DNA of 42,684 nucleotides from the NCBI RefSeq assembly GCF_001194135.2, contig NC_068990.1:85958263-86000946 (forward strand), in the 5' to 3' direction. Below, piece by piece: positions 1 through 10,165 of the stretch. Numbering within the stretch: the first letter of the stretch is position 1; the number at the start of each line of letters is the position of its first letter. Position numbers and translations under genes: made by a program. The notes beneath the pieces are model-generated. The model had not been told where the DNA came from. It saw only the letters and a list, made by a program, of their open reading frames with translations, and made no database searches. The stretch comes from Octopus bimaculoides. Its lineage: Eukaryota.

Positions 1-65
1 AGATTTAACTTAGGCAAATTTACAATTGTTGAATTTTGGCAATCTTCCACTCCTTTCATCGAAGG

Positions 66-291
66 CATCGTATACGCACCACCAGCTACCATCCCGCTTC
101 TAATGGGATGGTTGAGCGATTTCATAGGCAACTTAAGACTGCCTTACGCGCCTCGCCCAACCTGCAGTCTTGGGTTGAATTTCTTCAAGGTCGACGCTAA
201 TGGTCGTACAGAGATTGTGTCTGTCGACCGTCTGAAAAGAGCGTACCTTGACAAACCCTCAACTTTTGTGGACGACGTGCCCGTTTTTTAA
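66..291 (+). mobile_element. Gypsy/Ty3 LTR-retrotransposon integrase remnant, internally deleted
   Basis: The frame from 66 reads HRIRTTSYHPASNGMVERFHRQLKTALRA, the integrase core YHPxxNGxVER motif. A different frame from about 183 reads FKVDANGRTEIVSVDRLKRAYLD, the integrase C-terminal V(S/H)xDRLK motif. Confidence 0.88.
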
Positions 292-1097
292 ACACCGCAC
301 ACACCACTGTCAACAACATTACCACCACAAGGATCCAAATAAGAAATGCAAACTTTTCTCTGGTCCAGTGAAGGACATAATATAAATTTGTATGGGGTGT
401 ATGGTTGTGAAATTGTGTGTGTATGTGTATATACACATACATGCTCATAAGTGTGTATTTATGAGAAAGAGAGATCTTTTCCTTTTGTTTTTGTAATATT
501 TCCCAATCTCGGATACTTTAATGCACTAACAACAGTTACATATGTTAGGCTTAGCAATGCTTTGATGTCTACTAAATTTTAACACATTCGAAACCTGATA
601 ACGCACATAGAATCCTCAACAGTTCTTGAGAATCTCCATGTGTGGGTGTGCCATTCTGTATATGGCATGCCTGTGTGTATTGACTTCTAAAGCATGTTTG
701 TACTAAAACATGTTCTTCAAACACTGAAAGTTTATATATCCGTTCATGTCAATAGTACATCTTCGCACAGTTTCTTATTCCTTGTATTTTCACTGACTTA
801 ACTGTTCACTTACTGTATCTGACTCAGCCTAATTACAATTAGCCTAATTATGTTCATATTCTTAACAAGAATACACCATTTGTTTTAAGAGTATTGGTAA
901 ATAGCTTTATTTTATTTGGTGAGCAATGGTGGTGTTAGTGAAAGGTTTCCAACTGGTAAATCACTGGTGGCAGCGACAAGGGACTATCTGTGTGTCTATG
1001 TAACCGAGGTAGAACAAAATACCACAAGGTATTTTCAAGCAGGGTGAGTCGCATTGCAGTGAGAGGTGCCATCATTCTTAACCTACCATTATGATCA

Positions 1098-1376
1098 TTG
1101 CCAGTGCCACTGGACTGGCTCCCGTGCAGGTGGCACATAAAAGACACACCATTTCGAGCGTGGCCATTGCCAGTACCGCCTGACTGGCCTTTGCGCCGGC
1201 GGCACGTAAAAGCACCCACTACACTCTCGGAGTGGTTGGCGTTAGGAAGGGCATCCAACTGTAGAAACTCTGCCAGATCAGATTGGAGCCTGGTGTAGCC
1301 ATCTGGTTCACCAATCCTCAGTCAAATTGTCCAACCCATGTTAGCATGGAAAGCGGACGTTAAACGATGATGATAC
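1098..1376 (+). mobile_element. RTE-like LINE 3' UTR fragment (2 hairpin units + terminal region + GAT tail)
   Basis: It shares gcacccactacactct..gttaggaagggcatcca..ccatgYtagcatggaaagcggacgttaaac(gat)n with the copies at 6199, 7500, 30481 and 38191. Confidence 0.85.
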
Positions 1377-3871
1377 AAATGAATCATGGTCTTAAGTTTT
1401 CCTTTCATGTTGCTATTGGTTTAAACAGGTCTGCAGTATAATCATTTTGTTTGACATTTTTGGTTTTTTGTATTCACTCTCGATGTCAATTTTTTTATAA
1501 ACATCCTTTACTCGTTTTGATTTTCACCAATATATCCATTTCTATTGGTTGTTCTGTGGAGGTGGCCTAATTTGTAAATCTCTTTCAAAAATGACTGTCT
1601 TCTCCCAACAAAGTGAAATAAGATTTTTGGACTGTTAAAACTTATTTTAATGATCGTCACCAGGTGTCGTATTTCTAGACATAAACCAGAATGGATTTGA
1701 ATTTGGAATCTTTGAACTAAAGCTAATAATATACTTACCCATCCTTAAAACCACACTTGGTTCTTATTTTTTATTTGTTTGTTATTGGGCTATGGCCATG
1801 CTGGTGCACTGCCTTAAAGAGTTTAGTCAAACAAATACATCACACATACACACACACACAGTGAACTTCTCAACCATTTGGCCCTCTTCAGAATAACAAA
1901 GCTGATCGTGAAAATGTAGAGAAAATATTTAAAAAATTACAAAAATGTTCCTCCTCTAAAAATGAGGTTTATGGTCTGAGACAAACCAAAATTGTAACTG
2001 ATTTCAGACTTAAACTAAAAAGAAACCATGATCCAACTTTTATAAACTTGTTTACTTGAGTGCAAAAAAAAAAAAAAGAAAGATATACAAATTATATAAC
2101 TGATAATATAGGTACCAAAAATGTTTGGTAGTCACGGTGTACTCAAATATTAAGCCACCCCCCCCCCCCNNNNNNNNNNNNNNNNNNNNNGTGCCTTCTA
2201 ATTTTTGGCTTGACGTTTTTGTATTAAATTTCTCTCCATTATTACGCTTGACTAAATTTATATAGCTGTAATATGTATGAAGTTATCAAGAAATGGTGGT
2301 GCTGCCATACAGGAAACAAAAATGTTGTGAAATATTTGAAGTTTTAAAATTAATTATAGTTTGGTGACCAAAGTGTGGTAGTGTAAGACTGTTAACCTCT
2401 GTTCCTGGCACATGGTATTAAAAATAAGTACCATCTTAAGTCGTCTTGTGCCATTGTAAAATTCAGACAAGTTTGCTATTTCAGCAGCAGTAGCACCAGT
2501 AGTAGTAACTATAGTGGCAGGCAGTGTAAACAGCAGTCAGATGTTTTGTGTTTACACTTGCCAACTAATCTCCAGGAGGTACCAATCTCGCATTAATAAT
2601 TATATAAGACACACACATTTATAGGCACATATATGCATGTGGGTATGCACACACACACACACACACACACTTAGGCATGGTAACATTTACATAAAACTGT
2701 ATCATACATATTTTGTGTATTTATTTTAATGTATACTATTCAAACGATTATTGCTGTGTAATGTTTTTGTGTTGCTCATGTGGGAAATATATTACATCAT
2801 TTTGATAAAGAAAAAGAGAAGGAACAGCCATGGCTAGATTGCTTTTAGTCATAGATGCTGCCTGATCAAACTTGATCTAAGGTTAAACAATAAACAAGGG
2901 GCCTCTCTGTGTGTGTGTAAACCTTTTGTCTTGTGTGTGTGCTTTACACTTACATATACACATATTTACACATGCTCACACACATACATGAGAATGTTTT
3001 AATGCTCAGCTACAGACATGCTCTCTCCTACACACACACACACACACCCCTCAGTTCACTTTGTTTTTATAATCACAGTGTTGCATTGAAACAACCATAA
3101 CGTTAAACTTCTGGAAATGAATATTATTTTTGTTGATGAACCGAACCCAAGCTTAAGTGATTTCTCATATTGCTTTAAGCTTCCAAGAAAGGCATGAATA
3201 TCCCATGTTCCTTATTAGAGATCTTATAACTAAGGGTAAGGGGGGGAACAAAATGGTAACACCCCTCCACACACCGATAGCAGACACAGACATTGTAAAG
3301 AAATTTGGTCATGTGTAGGAGTAGGAATATGTAATACTGGTTCCAGCTGTTAATGAGAGTGAGGAGGAGGTGGAAGTGGTAGTGTCTAACTGGCATCTGA
3401 AGTGTGTCTCAATGAGAAAACTTACGCACCAACTGCATCGCCTACTGTAGTATGTAACCACCTCATACACTACACTGTACTGCTAAGTAGAATTCTTCAC
3501 AATTAGTAACATTTGGTTTCAGTTTAGAAGCGAAGCAATCCTGTCTCCACCACCAGACCTACCAGTAGGGAGATTCATTGAGAAATTTAGGCAAAGCCAT
3601 TCTGAATTATGGTTCTATGAATGTCAGAAACGGAAGCAGAATTTGGAAGTGCCGTGCGTAAGGTTTAAGTGTTGTTGATGACCAAGTCAGTACCAGTGAG
3701 TGGAGGAAACGTATCTACTCAAAGCCATATACAGGCATGCCTCAACTTCTGGTTTTTCCTCTTTTTCAACTTGATCATTTTGTAGAGAAAGTAATGGAAA
3801 ATAAATAAATAAATCTCAATTTCTGTTGATTTATCAGACTTTACGTCAGGCTTGGTGAACATATTTAAAAT

Positions 3872-4138
3872 CAGGGCTGTGGAGTCAAAACAAAAAACTT
3901 TGACTCCGACTCTGACTCTTGTACTGTTGGCACCTCCAATTCTGACTCCGCTTTATGTAATTGATTGTGGTCTACATAACTCATAAAACATATGCATACG
4001 CTTGTTCTTTGAGTAGGTCTATTTTTTGTAACTAGTTTATATCAAAGAATAAAGATATTGTGGGTCGGAATCAGTCGGTATAGATTTACTGACTCTGACT
4101 CCAGCTACCCCTTAATTGTTTCCGACTCCACAGCCCTG
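3872..4138. mobile_element. hAT-type MITE (family A)
   Basis: Perfect 15-bp TIRs CAGGGCTGTGGAGTC/GACTCCACAGCCCTG. The 8-bp flanks tttaaaat/ttaaaaag match at 6/8. A second copy lies at 24751-25299. Confidence 0.85.
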
Positions 4139-4331
4139 TTAAAAAGCATGAAAAATTTAAGAAAACATCTAAAAGCCAATACTGAACTGGAAAATCAAAA
4201 TACGAGTGAAAATATGTGCAAACCATTTATTAAAACAAATATAAGCCAACAAAGATTTTAAAATGTTTTCCCATTGTTTTTTAAGTAAAGTTGCTTTTGC
4301 TTGGAATGAAAGTTGATGTAAACCTGTGGAG

Positions 4332-4578
4332 CAGTGGTTCTTGACTAGGGTCCATGAATGGGGTCCACACAAACCTCGGGTCCATGGGTGGGGTCCATGC
4401 ACTGGGACTGAACCTAGAACCATGTGGTTGAGAAGCAAGCTTCTTACCACACAGCCACTCCTGTACCTAATTATAAAAATATAATAGTATTTTAAAATTT
4501 CAACTGGCAATAGGGGTCCAGTGGAGTAACATTGGAATCAAAGAGATCTGCAGGCAAAAAAATGGCCGAGAACCCCTG
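4332..4578. mobile_element. hAT-type MITE carrying a reversed SINE-head fragment (about 4393-4468)
   Basis: Ends CAGTGGTTCT.../...AGAACCCCTG with an 8-bp TSD ctgtggag/ctgtagag (7/8) and internal ggggtcc repeats. The inner segment is the reverse complement of the SINE family 1 head. Confidence 0.75.
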
Positions 4579-5312
4579 CTGTAGAGTGTTCTTTGTTAGC
4601 TTTTTGTATGGATAGTTTGATGGATGTTTGGTACGTAGTTTTCTACTGGAAATGGAGCGGCAGGCGTTTTAGTAGCAGTAAAGACATGGAGGATGCTGCT
4701 TGTAACAGTACGGTGGTGATTATAACATGTTGGTTGGTAATTAGAAGTTGTTTGTCTATCGGTAAAATACCCCCCCCCCCCCTTTTTATTTTACTTGTGA
4801 TAATTATCTAGAATATTTGGGTGTGTGTATGTATGTGTGTTATCTTTACCATTCCAGATAAGGGAGTCCCACTTAGAATGTAGTTCATATAGCAACAACT
4901 AATGTCTTACACTTAGTGGGCTACATCAGAGAGTGTACCGTTTCTAGAACATAGCCATGTTCTTGAGAGATCGTTTGTTGATGTGACATCTGTTCAGTGA
5001 GGAGGAATAGAATTAAATTACTGTTTAAACCAGGAAATAAATTTCCCATCCCCCATGTATTTTTACTTTATTAAATTTAATTAAACTATTATATTTCTAT
5101 TAAGAAAACAACTTTTTAGTCTGTAATTTGATAAGTTTAATCCCAACATTTTGTAATAGAAGCTGACTCCTTTTATTATATACTTTGTTTATTGTCTAAC
5201 GAAAAGGAACCAGAGCATTTAGCATTTGTAGGACTTCTTAGACTGGGGTGTGGTATAATATCTTGGTGAAGGTTACATAAGCATTGTGGTCTCTCTGCTT
5301 GTATGCGCATAA

Positions 5313-6390
5313 GTATGTAGAAAAGGAGTAGGTAGTAACTCTATAAGATGTACCCGGTGCAAGCTATGGACACATAAGAGGTGCAGCAACATCAAAGGCA
5401 GGTTAACTAGCAAGTTAGTTTTTGTTTGTGGCAGATGTTCAGGTGCAATAAAGACTGCAAACAAACAGGAAACAACTTCTATCTCATTCCAGGGTGAAAA
5501 ACTAGAGGTAGTCGATAGCTTCCGCTATCTGGGCGACCAAGTTAGTAGTGGGGGTGGGTGCGCTNNNNNNNNNNNNNNNNNNNNNNNNNNNNNNNNNNNN
5601 NNNNNNNNNNNNNNNNNNNNNNNNNNNNNNNNNNNNNNNNNNNNNNNNNNNNNNNNNNNNNNNNNNNNNNNNNNNNNNNNNNNNNNNNNNNNNNNNNNNN
5701 NNNNNNNNNNNNNNNNNNNNNNNNNNNNNNNNNNNNNNNNNNNNNNNNNNNNNNNNNNNNNNNNNNNNNNNNNNNNNNNNNNNNNNNNNNNNNNNNNNNN
5801 NNNNNNNNNNNNNNNNNNNNNNNNNNNNNNNNNNNNNNNNNNNNNNNNNNNNNNNNNNNNNNNNNNNNNNNNNNNNNNNNNNNNNNNNNNNNNNNNNNNN
5901 NNNNNNNNNNNNNNNNNNNNNNNNNNNNNNNNNNNNNNNNNNNNNNNNNNNNNNNNNNNNNNNNNNNNNNNNNNNNNNNNNNNNNNNNNNNNNNNNNNNN
6001 NNNNNNNNNNNNNNNNNNNNNNNNNNNNNNNNNNNNNNNNNNNNNNNNNNNNNNNNNNNNNNNNNNNNNNNNNNNNNNNNNNNNNNNNNNNNNNNNNNNN
6101 NNNNNNNNNNNNNNNNNNNNNNNNNNNNNNNNNNNNNNNNNNNNNNNNNNNNNNNNNNNNNNNNNNNNNNNNNNNNNNNNNNNNNNNNNNNNNNNNNNGT
6201 GACACGTAAAAGCACCCACTACACTCTCTGAGTGGTTGGCGTTAGGAAGGGCATCCAGCTGTAGAAACTCTGCCAAATCAGACTGGAGCCTGGTGTTGCC
6301 ATCCGGTTTCACCAGTCCTCAGTCAAATCGTCCAACCCATGCTAGCATGGAAAGCGGACGTTAAACGATGATGATGATGATGATGATGAT
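5313..6390 (+). mobile_element. 5'-truncated RTE-like LINE: ORF2 fragment (PHD-like finger + RT FxYLG motif), gap, then 3' UTR and (GAT)n tail
   Basis: The open frame 5313-5564 reads VCRKGVGSNSIRCTRCKLWTHKRCSNIKGRLTSKLVFVCGRCSGAIKTANKQETTSISFQGEKLEVVDSFRYLGDQVSSGGGCA. After the gap (5565-6198), the LINE 3' end appears in the same orientation. Continuity across the gap is inferred. Confidence 0.82.
5565..6198. other. Assembly gap (others: 2170-2190, 10649-11043, 23535-23800, 28043-28441, 29910-30479, 37768-38190)
   Basis: Runs of N. Most abut young repeats or satellites. Confidence 1.
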
Positions 6391-6954
6391 AAGCATGTCA
6401 ATGCATAAATGTCTGCGTTTGCTGTGCATGTCTGCATATGTGTGATGCGTTTCTCTCCTCCACCCGTCTACCTCATTACGCTGTCTCAAAGCTAGAAACT
6501 AAGAACAGATTCTATTTATAAAAGTCAGGATGGCTGTCGGTACCCGCTCCACCACCACCGCCATCCTGTTTTATTTTTGATGTTGGTGATTTCAGCAAGG
6601 AGTAATAATAATAATAAATAAAATGGGTATCATTTAACTTAAATTGCCTTATTTAAAAAAAAAAAGGTGTAAAAATTTCATATTTTTTATGAAAATCTCC
6701 AAAATTGATCAACTCTCCTCATCACCCCATCCCACTGTCTAAAAGTGAAAATGAGTGGCTATTTTTTCCGTTTCCACATGCGTAAATTTATAGTGAAATG
6801 GCAAAAGGATAATGGCATGTGAAGCCCTCACTATGAAACTTGGTATGCTAAAAATAACAGCTAAATGTCTGAAAAATGTTTGTGATTGTATGTGCACGTG
6901 TGCAACAATTTCTGTAGCTTATCTGAATGAACAGAGAAAGCACACAGAAATATA

Positions 6955-7661
6955 TGTGGAAGAGGTAGACCCAGGAGGACCTGGGATGAGGTGGTGAAGC
7001 ATGACCTTCGAATGTTGGGCCTCATGGAGACAATGACAAGTGACCAATACCTTTGCAGATATGCCATGCTTGAGAAGACCCAGTAAGCCAAGTAGAACCA
7101 GAGCTGTGACCTATGCCAGTGTTGCATAACCAACCCATTTAAGAGTACCCTTCAATCACTGGGTAATATGCTGTGCTTGAGAAGACATGTTGAGTCAAGT
7201 GAAATCATTGTCGTGGCCGATGCCAGTACCGCCTGACTGGCACCGGTGCCAGTGGCACATAAAAAGCACCATTCGAATGTGGTCGATGCCTGTTCCACCG
7301 GACTGGCTCCTCTGCTGGTGACACGTAAAATGCACCATACGAGTATGGTCAATGCCAGTGCTGCCTGACTAGTTCTTGCTCAGAGTGAAAGGTAAGATGT
7401 ACCCAGTGTAAGATATAGACACGTAAGACGTGCTGGTGGCACATAAAAAGCACCATTCGAGTGTGGTCAATGCCAGTGCTGGTGGCACATAAAAAAAGCA
7501 CCCACTACACCCTCTGAGTGGTCAGCATTAGGAAGGGCAGCCAGTTGTAGAAACCTTGCTAGATCAGATTGGAGCTTGGTACAGCCTCCTGGCTTGCCAG
7601 TCTTCAGTCAAGCTGTCCAACCCATGCTAGCATGGAAAGCGGATGTTAAATGATGATGATG
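6955..7661 (+). mobile_element. 5'-truncated RTE-like LINE: ORF2 C-terminus plus complete 3' UTR
   Basis: 6955-7086 reads CGRGRPRRTWDEVVKHDLRMLGLMETMTSDQYLCRYAMLEKTQ*, the RTE-type RGRPxxxW...DL C-terminal motif. It is followed by about 570 nt of UTR with tandem hairpin units and a tgatgatgat tail. This ties the abundant GAT-tailed repeat to the LINE. Confidence 0.88.
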
Positions 7662-7709
7662 TATTAGAAATAACTTTTTTATTGATTCTATTTTCTCTTT
7701 TCTTTACAG

Positions 7710-7902
7710 AACCTCGAGTTCCATGGGGTTATGCGATTCTTTTTCCAAGATGCTGGCGCCAAGGTTGCAACTAAATGCATCCGAGTGTCCAGCACCGCAA
7801 CCGCCAAAGAGGTAATTGATGTTCTCATAGAAAAATTCCGTCCGGATATGCGAATGTTGACGCAGAGCAATTATAATCTGTATGAAGTTCACCCAAATTT
7901 AG
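7710..7902 (+). CDS. AFDN: Afadin coding exon (probable exon 2), N-terminal part of Ras-association domain RA1
   Basis: The acceptor is tttctttacAG (7708-7709) and the donor is G|GTAAGA (7903). It translates NLEFHGVMRFFFQDAGAKVATKCIRVSSTATAKEVIDVLIEKFRPDMRMLTQSNYNLYEVHPNL, recognisably matching afadin DLEFHGVMRFYFQD...ATKCIRVSSTAT...EKFRPDMRML. Length 193 nt, phase 0 to 1. Confidence 0.97.
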
Positions 7903-8364
7903 GTAAGATTTCACTTCAATCACTCCAAAACTTGTAAGCTTTGTCTTCAACTTGTTGCTATTTCTTGTCTATTTAATGTTTGTTAGTGTTGGGATGTGGT
8001 GCATATATTCAAGAACACACCCTAGCATGCAATTATACATGTTTTATGCATGTGCGTAGACAGACACCCACACACATGAAGTTTGTAGGTTGATTATATT
8101 CCACATGTCTCTTAATAACATGTGTTTTATATTCCACATTTGTTTTTTAGTAATACATATGTTTATATTTTACAATCATCTGTTAGAATTACTGCTGGCT
8201 CGGTTGGTACAATGCCTATCAACCAAAAGGTTACAGGTTTGTGTTAATAGTACTGCAATAATAGTATAATGGTACTGCAATTGGCGCTAAAGTTAGGAAC
8301 TGTTGGATCTTATATGATGATGGATAACAGGAACCAACAAGCCAGAGATTGGCACTGAACTCCA

Positions 8365-8861
8365 GTGTCTGCTTTGGCGTGGTTTCTGCAGCTGGATGCC
8401 CTTCCTTATGCCAATCACTTCATGTACTAGATGCTTTCTTTTGTGGCACTAGCACTAGAGTAACTTGCAAGACAAGATCCCTATAGTGTTGGGGGCGTGC
8501 AAGAGAAGACCCCTGTAGTGTTGGGGGAGATGGAAGAAACGTACCTTGCTGAAGATAAAATTCATGGCTTCCCTTGCTCTTGTTACTTGTCTGTTTTAGT
8601 AGGGAACTTTAACTGTTTTTTAGATATAATTTTGTTTACAATGATTGTTTCCTGTATGTTCATCCAGAGGAAATATATTTACGATTCTGCTCTGATATTA
8701 GGGAGCCTGAAGAAAAGCAACCAGTACACTCTGTAAAGTGGTTGGTGTTAGCAAGAGTATCCAGCCATAGAAGCCATGGCAAAGCAGACATGGAGCATGT
8801 CAGATTCTGCTAAATCATCTAACCCATGCCAGCATGGAACACAGACGTTAAAATGATGATT
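8365..8861. mobile_element. Two degenerate LINE-3'-end-related copies in inverted orientation (about 8365-8420 minus; about 8720-8861 plus)
   Basis: gctggatgcccttcctt is on the minus strand, and agtggttggtgttagcaagagtatccagc...ccatgccagcatgg...gttaaaatgatgat is on the plus strand. Confidence 0.6.
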
Positions 8862-9869
8862 ACTCAGATTATTACAAGGTATTAATAACTGAAACATTTA
8901 ATACCTGTTTGTAGTATCTTTGTAATCTTACTGAAAAAAAAATTTTTTTTTTTCCTTTTACATCCAGTTCGAGATTCAGCTGAATGGTCAAATGCGGAGA
9001 TCCAATTTTTAGTGGTAGAAGTTTCTGGATCTACATTAATTCAATCAATGTAGAGTCTCATTTCTGAAAATGATAGTGTGATTTGAGAGAGATTTGGCTG
9101 CTGTTTTTAGCAGTCAGCGGTTGGGTGGAAACCTTTTAGATTATATTGTTCATCTTAGTCAGTCAGTCACAGCATAACTGTTTTATTATCATCAATGTGA
9201 AATACACAGAACTGACAACACGAGCAATATCAGCAACAATAACGACACTAGGAGACAGTCAATTAAAATCTACCCCAGTATTTGATGATGGAAGGATCAA
9301 ACATAGTCACCCTCTCTGAAATTTGTGCATATAATGTAAAGAGATGGAAATAATTATTGCAAAGCATTTTTGTTAGCTCTGCAGAAACTATCATCCACTG
9401 CCACCATTTTGTCTGAAAAACGTGACCGATTCTATCACTCACTACTTTATTGCAATAATAGTAATAATGATTTAATATGGGAAGCAGGTCACAAATTTGA
9501 GAAACCTAATTGATTTGCTCAACTTTCATACCACCTGATTGATATTTATTTTATTAGCTGTGGAGGGATAAAAGACAAAAGTTGCCTTTGATGTGATTTG
9601 AACTCCGTGTAGAGAGCTATATTAAACATAGCAATATATCTTGTCTGTGATGTCATTATTTCTACCTTTCTATTGCTTCAGCAGTAATAATATTAGGGGG
9701 TTTTCATTTTAGTTATTCTGCTCAGAGAAGAGAATGGTGATGGTATCTTTTATTACTTTCATGTTCTCTTATCTTTTACTTTCAAATGTGGTACATATTC
9801 CAGCATTTTTGTTTTGTTGAATTGCTTAGTTGTGAGGACGAATCAACACCAGTTGCCAAGTAGTAGTTG

Positions 9870-9918
9870 CTCTCTCTCTCTTTCTTTCTCTCTCTCTTTC
9901 TCTCTCTCTTTTTCTCTA

Positions 9919-9968
<50 letters not shown>
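9870..9968. repeat. (CT)n microsatellite
   Basis: Directly visible CT/CTTT run. Confidence 0.95.
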
Positions 9969-9971
<3 letters not shown>

Positions 9972-10009
9972 ACTCAATCCTTCACTCCTCACTCACTCAC
10001 ATGTGTGCA

Positions 10010-10165
10010 TGAGACTTCCATTCAGTTTCTGTCTGTCAGATTCACTCACAAAGCATTGGTCAGCCTGGGGCTATAATAGAAGACACTTGCTCAAGGTGTT
10101 GTGTGGTGGGATCAAACCTGGAACCATCTGGTTGAAAAGCAAGCTTCTTAATGACATAGCTATGA
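10010..10165 (-). mobile_element. tRNA-derived SINE family 1, 5' half
   Basis: Degenerate reverse complement of the family 1 head (compare 38958-39110). Confidence 0.75.

Noticed and set aside
5277-5284. ATAAGCAT as a TSD for the 5.3-6.4-kb LINE (repeated at 6389-6396)
   Set aside because: It is short, overlaps the GAT tail, and would leave about 28 nt including an in-frame stop unexplained at the 5' end. It cannot be distinguished from chance.
5502-6312. Long ORFs in the track here and at 10536, 23107-24142, 27965-28495, 29753-30603 and 37653-38262
   Set aside because: They are open only because they run through N gaps or low-complexity repeats.
6254-6312. Recurrent MKPDGNTRLQSDLAEFLQLDALPN peptide in several ORFs
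   Set aside because: It is the antisense reading of the LINE 3' UTR, repeated because the repeat is repeated. There is no evidence it is a protein.
7213-7505. CRISPR-like look of the regularly spaced palindromic units
   Set aside because: The whole 66-nt unit repeats, with no unique spacers. The context is eukaryotic, it lies within a LINE UTR, and there are no cas genes.
1-7709. Afadin exon 1 (W-N-A-N-R-L-D-L-F-E motif)
   Set aside because: No such coding motif was seen by eye. It is probably upstream of the window or in a gap.
8958-9050. Possible cassette exon after a strong polypyrimidine tract and CAG
   Set aside because: No phase-1 donor occurs before the in-frame stop, and the peptide has no afadin similarity. 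Similar reasoning applies to acceptors near 15577 and 26230.
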